A stretch of DNA of 64,000 nt from Escherichia phage vB_EcoM-LTH01: the sequence record PP430345; one strand, 5' to 3'. The notes under the pieces are model-generated. The model was not told the origin of the DNA, did no database searches, and was given only the letters and a program-made list of their open reading frames with translations. Shown here piece after piece: positions 27,154 through 38,870 of this stretch. The position numbers and the translations under genes are program-made. The stretch's first letter is position 1; each line of letters starts with the position of its first letter.

Positions 27154-28851
27154 TTAATAGACATTACCGGTTTGAATAGTTTGTGTAGCTCCGTCAAAAA
27201 TACAAATAGAATATATTGACAATCTCCCACCTGTGTCACTTGAAGAAGATTTATTCATCGTTGCTGTTATCCAAACCCTCCAACAACTTCCGTCGTTATT
27301 GTCTGTAACAACAAGGTGCATTGTATCTGGATACCCTACAGTCGCCGACGCATTTTCAACATAAGCAACAGTATTGCTCAATGTTGCATTACTTACCCTC
27401 CCTGTTTTTATTCTATTAATATCCGTGTAGTTAGCCGTCAAGTACCATCCAAAATTTATTTGTCTGGAAGAAGACGATGTTCCTGCGGAGAAACCTACCT
27501 TAACTTGACTAGCCAAACCTGCGGCGTCAATAATAAGCCTTACATTACCATTATTAGTACCGGGTAAAGGTAACCACATTTTTTTAGTCCCAGTAGGTGT
27601 ATTATAAACCCCAGCTAAGGTAGGAGTAGCAGCTGGACCTACATCTCCTTTATCCCCTTTGTCCCCTTTCTCGCCCTTAGGACCTTGAGGGCCTATCATA
27701 CCTGCCGGACCTTGTGGTCCAATAGCACCTGTCTCCCCCTGAGGGCCAGTCGGACCCCTGATACCCTGAGGGCCAGCTATGCCTTGAGTGCCTTGAGGGC
27801 CTGCTGGGCCGATATCTCCTTTATCTCCCTTAGGACCTTGCGGACCCTCTGGGCCAGTTGGTCCTGCATCACCCTTCACTCCCTGGGGACCTTGTGGACC
27901 TTGAGGACCAGTCGGACCTATATTACCTTGAGGGCCAGTTGGACCCGTTGCACCAATTGGACCTTGAGGACCTTCAGGGCCTGCTGGACCTTCAGCGCCT
28001 ATATCCCCTTTAGGTCCTTGTGGTCCCATAGGACCCTGAGGTCCTTCAGCACCTTGATCACCTTTGGGACCAACAGCGCCTGCAATCCCCTGAATACCCT
28101 GGGGACCCTGAGGGCCTGTTGGCCCTTGTTCCCCCCTTGCACCTTGATCACCTTTTGGACCCTGCGGTCCTTGTGGACCTGTTGGCCCTTGAGATCCTTC
28201 TAAGGCTAAGATAACCCAATCTTCATTTGTACCAGGTTCTGAGCCAATACTGGCAGAACTGGCAAAATACGTTGAACCATTGTAAGAAACCGAATCATTT
28301 TCAGAATAAGATTCCTCAGCGTCCCAAGTACCTTTGAAAGTCAAACCAGCAGGGCCAACCTCACCTTTTTCCCCTTTAGGGCCTGTAAGTCCGATCGGTC
28401 CTTGCGGACCTTCTGCTCCAGTCTCACCCTTAGGACCTTCAGGGCCAACAAGTCCCTGAGGACCTTGCTCACCTTTTTGTCCTTGTGGCCCTTGCGGACC
28501 CATAGGTCCTTGAGGGCCAACAATACCAGCTGCCCCCGCTATACCTGCGGGACCTTGTTCTCCTTTATCACCCTTAGGACCTGTAAGGCCACGGACACCT
28601 TCATCTCCTTTGGGACCAATAGGACCTTGCGGTCCAATATCCCCTTTTGGACCCTGAGGGCCAGCAGGTCCAACTGGACCTTGTTCTCCCTGAGGTCCGC
28701 GAGGACCAGTGTTACCAACATCACCTTGTTCTCCGACACGGGAAAACAAATCTTTAAACAAATACCTCTTTCTTGCATTAAGATCGTAAACGGCAGTCCC
28801 GAAATAAACCCCGCTGTGATCTCCCGTAATACCTTTAGCTGTAGAAGGCAT
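27154..28851 (-). CDS. collagen-like triple-helix repeat protein with globular C-terminal domain (565 aa)
   Basis: Long uninterrupted Gly-X-Y tracts ([23 protein letters not shown]...), then ~170-aa non-collagenous C-terminus. Confidence 0.75.
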   Translation of the reverse strand: MPSTAKGITGDHSGVYFGTAVYDLNARKRYLFKDLFSRVGEQGDVGNTGPRGPQGEQGPVGPAGPQGPKGDIGPQGPIGPKGDEGVRGLTGPKGDKGEQGPAGIAGAAGIVGPQGPMGPQGPQGQKGEQGPQGLVGPEGPKGETGAEGPQGPIGLTGPKGEKGEVGPAGLTFKGTWDAEESYSENDSVSYNGSTYFASSASIGSEPGTNEDWVILALEGSQGPTGPQGPQGPKGDQGARGEQGPTGPQGPQGIQGIAGAVGPKGDQGAEGPQGPMGPQGPKGDIGAEGPAGPEGPQGPIGATGPTGPQGNIGPTGPQGPQGPQGVKGDAGPTGPEGPQGPKGDKGDIGPAGPQGTQGIAGPQGIRGPTGPQGETGAIGPQGPAGMIGPQGPKGEKGDKGDKGDVGPAATPTLAGVYNTPTGTKKMWLPLPGTNNGNVRLIIDAAGLASQVKVGFSAGTSSSSRQINFGWYLTANYTDINRIKTGRVSNATLSNTVAYVENASATVGYPDTMHLVVTDNNDGSCWRVWITATMNKSSSSDTGGRLSIYSICIFDGATQTIQTGNVY

Positions 28852-28863
28852 AGATTACTCCTA

Positions 28864-29502
28864 TTAAACAGTGCGGAAAGATTCAGGTACGGAAGGAAGT
28901 TCTTCAATATTTTTTGCAATATTCACTTCTTTAATAAAAGTCCCCATATTATTGTAACTTTCTACATAAACGGAGATTATTTCTTTGATAAGTTCGATTA
29001 CATCTAGACGAAGATGCTCGATCACTTTATTATCATAAGTTAACAGACTAAATAATTGATCGTCTTCAGCCAGTTCTGCAACAGAAAGAATGGAGTGATA
29101 AAGAGACAGTGAATTTGAATCTACAGAATAGAAACTACCATCAACCTCTACGCCGCCCATGTTTTCATTTTCGAAATTAGATTTGGCAGAGTAGATTAAT
29201 TGTTCTTTTTCACGAGTCAAGTTATCAGCTAACTCTTCCTCGGTAAAATCCCTAACGTTCCAAGTTCTGTACCAGAAACCGTCTTCTCGCAATTCTGGAA
29301 GTCCTTCCGTCACAACATCCCCTTGCGGCATCGGTACATCATAAACCGCATGATATCCAACTTCAGCCATACCGACAGCGTAAACAAAGCTACCAATAGA
29401 TACGTTAGGATATTCAGCACGGTAGTCGGCCAGGTATACCGGATAACGCATGTCAGACATGCGGATCATGGGGGTCCAGCCATAAATCTTATCGATCACC
29501 AT
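28864..29502 (-). CDS. hypothetical protein between the two collagen-like genes
   Basis: ORF track; AAAGGAA RBS. Confidence 0.4.
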   Translation of the reverse strand: MVIDKIYGWTPMIRMSDMRYPVYLADYRAEYPNVSIGSFVYAVGMAEVGYHAVYDVPMPQGDVVTEGLPELREDGFWYRTWNVRDFTEEELADNLTREKEQLIYSAKSNFENENMGGVEVDGSFYSVDSNSLSLYHSILSVAELAEDDQLFSLLTYDNKVIEHLRLDVIELIKEIISVYVESYNNMGTFIKEVNIAKNIEELPSVPESFRTV

Positions 29503-29547
29503 ATTAATTCCTTTCTGAAAGAGGGGGCCTAAGCCCCCATTTAAAAA

Positions 29548-32500
29548 TTAACCTATAGTCATTGCTTGAGTACCCGTCAGGAACTCACCATCCCAGAACA
29601 AGGTCAGGATAGTGCGAGTAGCCCCGAGAGTAGGTGCTGTTCCGTTAGACCAAGCGATCTGGCTATCCCAGTTAATCTGACCACCGTTACCAGTGAATCG
29701 TAAGACTATGGTTTTAGCCCTTCCTGCTGGCAATCCGGTGATGACTAAGGATTTGTTGGTAGTCCCATCTAAAGTCCAAGCGTTACCTGTGCTTGCATCA
29801 ATTGCCCCTGTAGAAGCAACAACACGCAAATCGTACTGGTCCAGCTTAACCCATGCGCCGTTTTCACGAACATAGAACCCACCTTCCAGCGGTGCTTCCA
29901 GAACTGGAACCGTCAATGTAGACCAAGCACCATCTTTACGGACGTACTGGTTACCATCACGAGGTGCTTCCAGAACTTCTGCGGTAGGCAGTTCAGTCCA
30001 ATCACCGTCGGTACGGACATACAGCTTTCCGTCCCCTGGTGCGTCATACACGTTACCACCACCTAAGAATCCGAGCAGTGCCCAGTTCGTTGCGGAAGTT
30101 TTACGGTAATATTCCAGAGTGGAAGAGTTCAGGTACAAATCGTTAAGACGACCATCGCTAACCATCGGTGCACGAGGGAAAACAACCCACAATGTACCTT
30201 GATCACCTTTAGCACCTGTCGGACCAGAAGGGCCTTGCGGACCTTGGTTACCCGTTGGACCAACTGGTCCTACTGGACCTTGGATACGTCCTAAGTTTTC
30301 GTATGCTGCACCAGTCCAACCCCAGAAGTCACCTTGGATAAGATAACCTTGACCCAAAGTACCAGTTGAAGGTAATTCATCAGAGGTATCAAATCGACCA
30401 ATGATCTCTACACCAGGACCAATATCTCCCTGAGGACCTTGCTCACCCTGTGGGCCTTGGTCGCCTTGTGGTCCTACTTCACCACGTTCACCCTGAGGAC
30501 CTTGCTCCCCTTGTGGCCCTGTGGCTCCAGTATCACCTTTGTCACCTTTAGCGCCAGTCAATCCCTGAGGGCCCTGAGTACCCTGAGGACCTTGCTCCCC
30601 TTGTGGGCCACGGGCAACCCCAGCCTCTACAAAAGCAGTTCCGTCGAAAGCGTAACCGATCCCAGTGTCGTCTGTGACATAGAAATCACCTACAGCACCA
30701 GTTTGAGGAAGGTCTGCTTGAGATGGTACAGTTCCTTTAGGGATCAGGCCAGAGCCAACATCCCCCTTGTCGCCTTTGTCTCCTTTTGCACCAGTTTCAC
30801 CAGCAGGTCCTTGTGGTCCTTGGTCACCCGTAGAACCTTTCTCACCTTGTGGACCTTGAGGACCAACTTCTCCTTGAGGGCCGACCTCACCCTGCGGTCC
30901 GCGAACGGTTCCGGCAGAAACGAATTCCACGCCATCCCAAGCGTAACCGATCCCAGTGTCTTCAGCTACGTAGAAGTCACCTAATTCAGCAGTAGAAGGA
31001 AGTTCAGCGGAGGTTGCAACCAAACCTTTCAGCTTCAGTGCATCACCTGCGTCGCCTTTGTCTCCTTTGTCTCCTTTCTCACCAGTGTCGCCTTTGTCGC
31101 CCTTCAGACCCTGAGGTCCACGAGTAAGACCAGTCAGTACCCATGCAGTGCCATCCCAAGCATAACCATTACCTTCAGACTCTACAACGTAGAAGTCACC
31201 AGTGGTGGCATCGGCAGGAAGTGCTTCTTGAGTTGCAACAATACCACGAGCAACGATACCAATTCCAGTATCACCCTTATCACCCTTATCGCCCTTGTCA
31301 CCTTTTTCGCCAGTCTCACCCTGTGGACCAATACCACCTTGTGGACCAGTCTCACCTTGGGGGCCAGCAGGACCTTGTGCCCCTGTTGCACCCTGCGGTC
31401 CTTGTGCACCAGTCAGACCAATAGGACCTTGTGGACCTTGTGGTCCTACATCCCCTTGGGGACCTTTGATGTTACCAACGTTAGTCCACTGACCGCCAGT
31501 AAAGATATAAAGATCAGCTTCAATCAGATAAGCATCACCTTCACTAATACCAGTCTGAGGCAATTGGTCTTCGGAAGCTACTGAGCCAAGGATATTCAGA
31601 CCCGCACCAACAGGACCTTGTTCACCTTGTGGACCAGTTAATCCACGAGGGCCAGTTGCACCCACGTCACCTTTTTCACCCTTCAAGGTTGCAAGGTATT
31701 CATTAACTGAACCTTCGAAACCGTTAGCAACCGCGATAGTGTAGTTGTCGTCTCCTTTATCGCCTTTATCGCCTTTGTCCCCTTTATCGCCTTTATCACC
31801 CTTAGCACCAACTGGGCCTTGTGGGCCTTGGAAAGATCCCAAATCTTCCCAGTTACCAGTACCATCAGAAACGAAGACATTAGTTCCGATCAGGTAAGCA
31901 TCACCCGCATCAGCACCTGCTGGCAAACTTGCTTCATCGGCAACAGAACCTAAGATATTAATAGCGTTAGCATTCTTACCGTCAACACCAGGTTCACCCT
32001 GCGGTCCTTGTTCACCAACATCCCCTTTCTCACCCTTCAGCGATTCAAGAAATTCACGTTGAGAACCAACGTTACCGTTAGCCAGCCAGACCTGATAAGC
32101 AGAACGACCTTCAGGGCCAATCTGGCCTACTGGTTGCCATTTATCGGTATCTCCCGTCCAAACATACATCTTTTCTTGAATGATGTAGGCATCACCAGGT
32201 TTGTTCTCTTCTTGAGGAAGATCTTCGATACGCTGGAAAGAACCAAGGAGTTGCAGACCTATACCGTCAGCACCACGAAGGGTAGCCAACCAGTCATCGA
32301 CTGTTCCAACAAAGCCTGCGGTTTCAGCAACTTCAAATGCAGAAAGACCTTCAGGTCCAGCGAAGTTACCTACGTTTCTCCATTGTTTGATACCACCTTC
32401 AGTGATAACGGTAAAGAAACTCTGTCCGATTACGTATGTATCACCATTCGCAAGATCAACAACAGAAGGCAATTGATCTTCAGATGCCAAGGTGTCGAGG

Positions 32501-33348
32501 ATGTTGATACCAATACCAGCAGGGCCACGAGGACCTTCTACACCACGAGGGCCAGTTGCTCCAGTCAGACCGATAGGTCCAGTTGCGCCAGCAGGACCGA
32601 CTTCTCCAGTATCCCCTTTATCCCCTTTTTCACCCTGCGGGCCAACAGGTCCAGTTTCTCCGGCTGGGCCTTGTGGACCTGCTGGTCCTTGTTCACCCTG
32701 ATCGCCTTTGTCACCTTTGATGGTTTCTACAAACAGACCATCTGAACGTTGTTCCAGTTTGTTACCTGCATCTTGAGAAATGTCAGCACCAACTGGAGCC
32801 ACATACAGTGCACCTTCACGAACTTGCAAGCTGTTGTCGATAGCGGGGGAAACTTTAACTGCCAAACCATCAGGGTCTACAGACAAAGCGTTAGTTGAAG
32901 AGGTGGAAACTTTCAGGGATATACGGGAGTTTTTAGCAACCAGAGGATCTGCGGTAATTTCCAGTGCGTCACCAACAGCGGTAGTGGTAGCATGAACTGG
33001 CTCAACCAGAACACCTTCCAAACTGGCATCACCTTGAGCAGCAGCTTCTTCCGCAGTGACGTATTTTGCAACGTTCGCCTGAGAGGTAGATACTTTAGCA
33101 TCTCCAGCGGAAGCAAACAAGCCTTCCTCGTTATCAGTCTGAACCAGAGTCAGGGCGTTACCTGCACGGCGAGATAGCTTAACTTGAGCTTGCAGAGGGG
33201 AAGAGGTAGTACCATTACCAACTAACAGGGTAGATACAGTATCTTCCGTTTCAATACCGTTAAAAATAACTCCACCACCAGTGGTAGTTACGACAGGATC
33301 AGGAGCAGTAACGAATGCTTCCACGACCTTATCATTATATTCAGCCAT
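29548..33348 (-). CDS. giant modular collagen-like fiber protein (1266 aa)
   Basis: At least eight Gly-X-Y blocks alternating with ~40-aa repeated globular modules (GDAYLIG..., [17 protein letters not shown]...), [12 protein letters not shown] runs, three C-terminal repeats (YVR.DG.W). Confidence 0.75.
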   Translation of the reverse strand: MAEYNDKVVEAFVTAPDPVVTTTGGGVIFNGIETEDTVSTLLVGNGTTSSPLQAQVKLSRRAGNALTLVQTDNEEGLFASAGDAKVSTSQANVAKYVTAEEAAAQGDASLEGVLVEPVHATTTAVGDALEITADPLVAKNSRISLKVSTSSTNALSVDPDGLAVKVSPAIDNSLQVREGALYVAPVGADISQDAGNKLEQRSDGLFVETIKGDKGDQGEQGPAGPQGPAGETGPVGPQGEKGDKGDTGEVGPAGATGPIGLTGATGPRGVEGPRGPAGIGINILDTLASEDQLPSVVDLANGDTYVIGQSFFTVITEGGIKQWRNVGNFAGPEGLSAFEVAETAGFVGTVDDWLATLRGADGIGLQLLGSFQRIEDLPQEENKPGDAYIIQEKMYVWTGDTDKWQPVGQIGPEGRSAYQVWLANGNVGSQREFLESLKGEKGDVGEQGPQGEPGVDGKNANAINILGSVADEASLPAGADAGDAYLIGTNVFVSDGTGNWEDLGSFQGPQGPVGAKGDKGDKGDKGDKGDKGDDNYTIAVANGFEGSVNEYLATLKGEKGDVGATGPRGLTGPQGEQGPVGAGLNILGSVASEDQLPQTGISEGDAYLIEADLYIFTGGQWTNVGNIKGPQGDVGPQGPQGPIGLTGAQGPQGATGAQGPAGPQGETGPQGGIGPQGETGEKGDKGDKGDKGDTGIGIVARGIVATQEALPADATTGDFYVVESEGNGYAWDGTAWVLTGLTRGPQGLKGDKGDTGEKGDKGDKGDAGDALKLKGLVATSAELPSTAELGDFYVAEDTGIGYAWDGVEFVSAGTVRGPQGEVGPQGEVGPQGPQGEKGSTGDQGPQGPAGETGAKGDKGDKGDVGSGLIPKGTVPSQADLPQTGAVGDFYVTDDTGIGYAFDGTAFVEAGVARGPQGEQGPQGTQGPQGLTGAKGDKGDTGATGPQGEQGPQGERGEVGPQGDQGPQGEQGPQGDIGPGVEIIGRFDTSDELPSTGTLGQGYLIQGDFWGWTGAAYENLGRIQGPVGPVGPTGNQGPQGPSGPTGAKGDQGTLWVVFPRAPMVSDGRLNDLYLNSSTLEYYRKTSATNWALLGFLGGGNVYDAPGDGKLYVRTDGDWTELPTAEVLEAPRDGNQYVRKDGAWSTLTVPVLEAPLEGGFYVRENGAWVKLDQYDLRVVASTGAIDASTGNAWTLDGTTNKSLVITGLPAGRAKTIVLRFTGNGGQINWDSQIAWSNGTAPTLGATRTILTLFWDGEFLTGTQAMTIG

Positions 33349-33400
33349 TTATAAAATTCTCCTAGGGATTTAAGCCCCTGAACAGGGGCATGAGGTGAGA

Positions 33401-33994
33401 TTAAAGTGCAGCAGCTAAATCTTCAAGCATCCCATCAAAGGTTTTACCTTTGCTCAGTGAAATGCCGTATTCCACAGCGAAAGCTTCCAATGCCGCCTTA
33501 GATGCAGACTTTTTGCTGTCGTCACGCAGTTCTTCAGCCTTGGCTAAGATCTGAGATTTTTCTTCTTCAGTACGAGCAGTTAATTCTTCCTTTACTTCAA
33601 CTTCTTTAACTTCTTCAACTTTAGTGTTGACAAGTACAGACTCTTCCATTACCTTAGTTGGAGTATCAGTAACAATGGCTTCTTTGACAGCCTCAATTTT
33701 CTTAACATCCAAACGGAATTTTAAAGGATCTTTAGGCTTCTCTTTAAAGAATACTAGGAAACTTGTACCTTTTTGCACAGAAGCAAGGGTGTCGATACCG
33801 AGAGCGGTCATCTTTTCCATTTGAGTTAGAAAATCATAAAGGCCACGGGCAAGGACTAGTTTTCCGTCGTAGCTGTAAAGGAATGCACCTAAACGTGCAG
33901 AGGTGTTTACATCAAGCTTTTCTAGATATTCACCGAAGAACTTGAGCATGTGATATTCACTTTTAAAAATTTCCAAGTGAGTTTGCTTAGACAT
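33401..33994 (-). CDS. hypothetical structural protein downstream of major capsid gene
   Basis: ORF track; charged coiled-coil-like C-terminal half. Confidence 0.4.
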   Translation of the reverse strand: MSKQTHLEIFKSEYHMLKFFGEYLEKLDVNTSARLGAFLYSYDGKLVLARGLYDFLTQMEKMTALGIDTLASVQKGTSFLVFFKEKPKDPLKFRLDVKKIEAVKEAIVTDTPTKVMEESVLVNTKVEEVKEVEVKEELTARTEEEKSQILAKAEELRDDSKKSASKAALEAFAVEYGISLSKGKTFDGMLEDLAAAL

Positions 33995-34071
33995 TAAATT
34001 ACTCCTTCGTCATTGATTAGATTAATAGCCTATCTTATAATGGTACACTATTTTGCCTAAATTGTACAGGC

Positions 34072-34102
34072 ATAATAAAAAAGGCCACCCGAAGGTGACC
34101 TT
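34072..34102 (-). terminator. intrinsic terminator after major capsid gene
   Basis: GGCCACC-CGAA-GGTGACC hairpin (one mismatch) followed on minus strand by TTTTTTATTATG. Confidence 0.55.
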
Positions 34103-34118
34103 TAATCAGTTATTAAGA

Positions 34119-35114
34119 TTATTCAAACTTACCAACAGACTTAACTACCAGTTCAGGACGGTTGTTAACAGTCAGGAAGGAAGTTTCAGATTCGATCTTC
34201 GCTTCACGCAGGTACTGAGATTCTTTGAAGAATACATACAGTTCCTGAGCTACTTGGTTAGCACCTTCCAGAGTGTCGCTCGGCGCGTAATAGATTTCGA
34301 ACATACGATCGATACCACGAGGGAAGATGTATGCTTCACCAGCAGGGATGTTACCGGAAATGTCTTCGATGAACAGGATGTTCTTGTGTTCGAAGATACG
34401 GTTGTTGGCATTACCGCCCAGACGACGACGCAGGACTTCCTGAGTAGAAGGGTACTGAGAATATGCACCAGTTACCTGCGGGTGAGCGATCAGAGCAGAG
34501 AACCACTGACGGGATGCCATAACGACGATCTCGTAGTTGTCACCTTGGTCACCAGCGTAATCGATGATGTGTGCACGAGCTTCAGCTTCCAGCACTTCAA
34601 TCGGGTCAATAGCCAGAGCGGTGAAGTCAACGTCAGCAGTCTGCTGGGTTACACCCCAAACATCGTAGTAGTCGTAATCACAAACCGGATCGTTAGGGGA
34701 CCAGGAAGTACCTTTCAGAGCAGCGTACATTGCCTTGGATTTCAGAACCGCATGACTACGACGGATACGGGCCAAGTGACGAGCCACTTCAGCTTCAACA
34801 GTTGCCGGAGCGTTGTCAGTACCGAATTCACGGAAGTTCTGAATGTCTGCACGGTCGATAGAACGGTCAAGAGGGAAGAACGGGATGTTCAGGTTTACGA
34901 TCTTTTTACGATCATTACCCAGGTGCTGACGAACGCTACCACGCTGTACAGCATTGATCTGACCAGCACCGTCATCACGACGTTCGATTTTAGCGATAGT
35001 AGTACGACCAAAGTTCTCAGTGAACAGGTTCATGCTTTGAAGCAGGGTATCAACACGCGGCAGAGTAGAGATCAGGCCAGTGTAATCCAGGATTTGAAAA
35101 TCACCATTTTGCAT
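34119..35114 (-). CDS. major capsid protein (lambda gpE-like family)
   Basis: 331 aa; order decoration-like then capsid as in lambda D-E; followed by strong terminator; family by size/order and loose sequence resemblance. Confidence 0.65.
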   Translation of the reverse strand: MQNGDFQILDYTGLISTLPRVDTLLQSMNLFTENFGRTTIAKIERRDDGAGQINAVQRGSVRQHLGNDRKKIVNLNIPFFPLDRSIDRADIQNFREFGTDNAPATVEAEVARHLARIRRSHAVLKSKAMYAALKGTSWSPNDPVCDYDYYDVWGVTQQTADVDFTALAIDPIEVLEAEARAHIIDYAGDQGDNYEIVVMASRQWFSALIAHPQVTGAYSQYPSTQEVLRRRLGGNANNRIFEHKNILFIEDISGNIPAGEAYIFPRGIDRMFEIYYAPSDTLEGANQVAQELYVFFKESQYLREAKIESETSFLTVNNRPELVVKSVGKFE

Positions 35115-35137
35115 TTAAATATTCTCCTTCGAAAAAG

Positions 35138-35569
35138 TTACAGGACAGCGCCGAGGAATTCGGTAGCTACTACACGATCAGTTACTTGGTTACCAGCTTT
35201 AGACAGTGCCAGCTTACCAGCATCGTCAATTGCAGTACCGTCAGCGTAGACCAGTTTGGTTGCGTTCAGGGTCAGACCACGAACAGCGATAGTCATAGGA
35301 AGCTTCTCACCAGCCATCGGGGTAGCGCCGTCATGCTTGGTAACACCAGGCAGAACTTTACGGTCAACCAGAACACCGTAAACGTCAGCAGCGTCTGCAA
35401 CAGCAGCCGGAGTACCATCAGCTTTAACCAGCAGACCTGCGACCAGATCAGCAGTATAATCCATTTCTACTTCTTCAAAGTTCCAACCAGTGTCACCAAA
35501 TGCAACAACACGGCCCAGTACGATATCAGAGTAGTTACCTTCGAGAGTTACAACATGTGCTTTAGCCAT
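35138..35569 (-). CDS. head decoration-like protein
   Basis: 143 aa Ala/Gly/Val-rich, immediately upstream of capsid gene. Confidence 0.4.
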   Translation of the reverse strand: MAKAHVVTLEGNYSDIVLGRVVAFGDTGWNFEEVEMDYTADLVAGLLVKADGTPAAVADAADVYGVLVDRKVLPGVTKHDGATPMAGEKLPMTIAVRGLTLNATKLVYADGTAIDDAGKLALSKAGNQVTDRVVATEFLGAVL

Positions 35570-35589
35570 TCTATTCGTTTCCTCAATAA

Positions 35590-36684
35590 TTAGGCGTTAA
35601 TAAATTCAGCATTGCCGTTAGCAGCCTTAGCGATCTCTGCTGCACGTTCTGCGATTACTCGGTTCAAACGAGCCTGAGCGTCTTCAGAGCCTTTAGCAAC
35701 TTCAGTCAGTTGACCATCAGCACCTACTTCTTTGCCGTCAGCGAAGGATTTTTTGATCTCTTCGATTTCTGCATCTTTAGCGACGAGAGCTTCGTCTTTC
35801 TCTTTAAGAGCAGCAGCAGCTTTTTCCAGCACAGCAACAACAGATGCTTTAGCTGGGTCTTCGATCAGGTCAGCAACAGCTTCACGTTGGTCATCAGCAA
35901 CAAAACCAAAACTTGCAGCTTTGTTCAAGGCAACTTCACGTTTTGCAACAGCCTGAGCTTTAACGATTTCTTGAGCAGCGGTGAAGGTTTCTTTCATACC
36001 TTCAACCTGAGCCATCAACGCTTCATTAGCTTTCATCAGATCAATGAATTGTTGGGACTTGGTTACATCTACTTCTTTTTCCACAGGAGTCTCCTTGATG
36101 GTTGTGGTCGCTCCAGCGGAGCTTACAGGTTCAGGCTTAGTAGCTGATTTAACTACTTCACCAGTTTCTGGTTTGCGTAATTCTGAATTGTCACCAAAGT
36201 CAAGGCCCAATTCTTTACATCCGTCTTCAAACTGCTTGCGAGTCTTAATTAACTCGAAGCGTTCAACGAGAGAAAGGTCAGCACCTTCTTTTGCTTTCTT
36301 GATGATAGTGATTGTTTCAAGCTTCTCATCGAGATATTCTTGATGACGACGGATGTAATCAGCCGTATAAGAATCCAAGTCTTCAGGATCTTTATCAGCA
36401 TATTCGTCTTCGAAGGTAGTTGTGAAGCCCAGCAGCTTAGTAAGTAACTCAGCATCATCATAATACATGTGGAAGAAGCGACGTAAAAACTCTTCCATAC
36501 TGATAGTTACTTGAACTTGCTCAAGGGCTTTGATAACATCAACCGTCAGTTTGCTGGGGTCAATGTCAGATTTAGTGAGAAGGCTTACGTGGCGATTGTT
36601 CGCACTGTAACCTTGATCTCGGTGAGTTAGAGCAATTCCGCGAGATTTAATCTGGCGACCTTTCTCTATAAGGGTCTTAATCAT
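35590..36684 (-). CDS. putative scaffolding protein
   Basis: Ala/Glu/Lys-rich coiled-coil C-terminal half; position between portal side and capsid. Confidence 0.45.
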   Translation of the reverse strand: MIKTLIEKGRQIKSRGIALTHRDQGYSANNRHVSLLTKSDIDPSKLTVDVIKALEQVQVTISMEEFLRRFFHMYYDDAELLTKLLGFTTTFEDEYADKDPEDLDSYTADYIRRHQEYLDEKLETITIIKKAKEGADLSLVERFELIKTRKQFEDGCKELGLDFGDNSELRKPETGEVVKSATKPEPVSSAGATTTIKETPVEKEVDVTKSQQFIDLMKANEALMAQVEGMKETFTAAQEIVKAQAVAKREVALNKAASFGFVADDQREAVADLIEDPAKASVVAVLEKAAAALKEKDEALVAKDAEIEEIKKSFADGKEVGADGQLTEVAKGSEDAQARLNRVIAERAAEIAKAANGNAEFINA

Positions 36685-37301
36685 TATTCTTCCTCTTCCA
36701 ATTCGATACTGAAATCAAGATCGGATAGCTCATTTGTTTCCTCATTCAACATACCACCGCACTGAAGAGATAATCCACCGACGATGCCAGCTTTCTTTAA
36801 CTCCCATGCTTCAGGTGAATATTGAACCTTTGCTACCCATGATCCTGCTTTTATGATTTCTCCTGTTTGTGTGACAGTTACATCAATTTCTGGCTGAATC
36901 CAATGATCTACGATCTTGAATGCTTCGGTATCAACCAAGTGGTACAAGTTCTCAGTTACCGCACCGATTTCTTGAGCTTTCTTGAAATCTTGTTGTGCTT
37001 TAACTAGTGTCTCTTTGCTCATCCATTGTCCATGAGCATCCGGCGTATCAGGTTCGTAAATGATCTCGTAAGAAATCATCTCTTCTTTCTGTGCAGCTTT
37101 TTGGACAAGAACGGAGCCAATGGCTCCAGAAATAGAAGCCTCTTTATTGAAGCCCTGTTTAAGTAGCTCATTGGCCTTTTTCACAGCCCGTCCCTTTTGG
37201 ATTCGGGACAGATAGGTTTGTGAAGGAAGGTCGGAGATAGTAATGTTTTCCATCATTGCTCCCGTGATATTTATTTTAACACTGAACGATTCGTTTTGCA
37301 A
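36684..37301 (-). CDS. head morphogenesis protein (possible prohead protease position)
   Basis: Gene order only; acidic C-terminus EEEE. Confidence 0.3.
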   Translation of the reverse strand: MQNESFSVKINITGAMMENITISDLPSQTYLSRIQKGRAVKKANELLKQGFNKEASISGAIGSVLVQKAAQKEEMISYEIIYEPDTPDAHGQWMSKETLVKAQQDFKKAQEIGAVTENLYHLVDTEAFKIVDHWIQPEIDVTVTQTGEIIKAGSWVAKVQYSPEAWELKKAGIVGGLSLQCGGMLNEETNELSDLDFSIELEEEE

Positions 37302-37322
37302 GAGTCTGATTTAAATCAAAGA

Positions 37323-38855
37323 TCAATTTTCTAAATTAGAAACTGAATTATCTCTTGTTCCGCTAATCTTTGCAGTCCCGTTTCCAGAAGTCCCCTGTGC
37401 AAAGCCATCGCCAGAACGACTGGTATTATCTCCAAGGAGAAGCATAAGTTCTTCTTGCGAAATATCTTCACCAACTTGATAATCGATTCCAAGAACATCA
37501 AGAATGCGATTAATAACTTCCGGTGTCTTAGGCAAGTAGCCGACAGCACCCATACGCTGAACCGCTTTAGAGAAACCTTCCATGTCTGTATCAACGATCT
37601 GACCAAATTTAACGAATGGCATTTCTTTTTCTGCCAGACGAATACCGTTCAGAGCCAGAAGCTGAGGGAGCAGGTTTTCATTCAGTGCTTCAGCGATAAT
37701 TTCATTAACACGTTGTACAAATTGAGTATGGATAGTTTGTTTTGATTCCGACAGGTTGTATGAACCAGAAGCATCATTACCTACGTTCAGGAATCCCGCG
37801 CCCAGACGATCAAGGATTGATTTTTTACGATCACTGATCAGGTCACGAGTACTGTACTGTTTACCCATACCGTCAATGCCCTTCAGAGACATTGAGTACA
37901 GGGGTGAGTTATCTTTAACGTCAGACGGTAACATAAAGAAAGATTGCTCGCCTGAGTGGGCGTTTGCGGCATCCATCATTAGACCTTGAACCATCTCAGC
38001 TTCGTAGCTGGAAGGGTCGATAGCTGCTTTGTTAAGAATAGCAGAAGGAATCTTCAGTTCGATAACACCACCCATGTCTTTCGTAGCACCAACAACTTCA
38101 AGGTTCTCGATAAGAACTTTTTCACGCCAAGGTCGGTAACAAGCAACCAGCGGAGAAACGCCGAGCGCTTGAGAAGAAGAACCGCCAGTCGTCATGATCA
38201 TCAGCTTGTTTGCTGGAATAACAACATCATTCCCTCTACGAGAACCAGTCAGGCCACTCATAGAAGCACCAAGTGGACTATCTGTGTAGTTCTTGAAAGA
38301 ATCAAGTGACTGTTTAACACCAATAACACGAGAACCATCATCGCTGTACACGAGAGGGTTTTTACGACTCAGAGAAGCCTGTGGACGGAATGCAAGGTTT
38401 TTAATCTTAAATCGTCCTGCATATTCACCAGTCTGGATCTGAGTATATACCTTCTCAACTACAGAGATGCCGTATTCGTTAAATGTGGCAGCGTCACGGG
38501 CAAATTGACGCAGGGTTTGACCTTCCATGTTACGAAGGCAGAAGGTAATGAACTCGGCTGCGTCTTGAGACTCTTTAGATTTGCCAGGGATTACTTTGAA
38601 GTCCTTGAATGCTTTCTCTACGAAAGTGTAAAGCATATCAAGACCAGTCGCTACCGTAGCATCTTGTTTCATAGCTTCAACTGTACCGATCAATTGAGGC
38701 CATTTAATTTCTTCAGCTTTCATGCGTTCAGTTTCTACCTGAACCTTAGCTAAAGCAAAAGTACCTTGCTCACTCATTCGTAAACGAGCAACGTTTAATT
38801 CTTCGCTCGTCGCTTTACGAACCTGTGTGTTGCGACCTTTATTCTTCTTCTTCAA
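37323..38855 (-). CDS. portal protein
   Basis: 510 aa immediately downstream of terminase large subunit. Confidence 0.6.
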   Translation of the reverse strand: MKKKNKGRNTQVRKATSEELNVARLRMSEQGTFALAKVQVETERMKAEEIKWPQLIGTVEAMKQDATVATGLDMLYTFVEKAFKDFKVIPGKSKESQDAAEFITFCLRNMEGQTLRQFARDAATFNEYGISVVEKVYTQIQTGEYAGRFKIKNLAFRPQASLSRKNPLVYSDDGSRVIGVKQSLDSFKNYTDSPLGASMSGLTGSRRGNDVVIPANKLMIMTTGGSSSQALGVSPLVACYRPWREKVLIENLEVVGATKDMGGVIELKIPSAILNKAAIDPSSYEAEMVQGLMMDAANAHSGEQSFFMLPSDVKDNSPLYSMSLKGIDGMGKQYSTRDLISDRKKSILDRLGAGFLNVGNDASGSYNLSESKQTIHTQFVQRVNEIIAEALNENLLPQLLALNGIRLAEKEMPFVKFGQIVDTDMEGFSKAVQRMGAVGYLPKTPEVINRILDVLGIDYQVGEDISQEELMLLLGDNTSRSGDGFAQGTSGNGTAKISGTRDNSVSNLEN

Positions 38856-38870
38856 AATAATTCCCCTCAG

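Noticed and set aside
27685-32745. Multiple plus-strand ORFs (27685-28203, 28402-29007, 30439-30984, 31228-31584, 32008-32745)
   Set aside because: All are antisense to collagen-like genes; Gly-X-Y coding repeats leave the complementary strand stop-free by composition.
34053-35249. 398-aa plus-strand ORF
   Set aside because: Antisense to the major capsid and decoration-like genes and spans the intergenic terminator; spurious.
36684-37301. Calling this gene a prohead protease
   Set aside because: Only positional evidence; no recognisable protease catalytic motif seen by eye, so left as head morphogenesis protein of unknown function.
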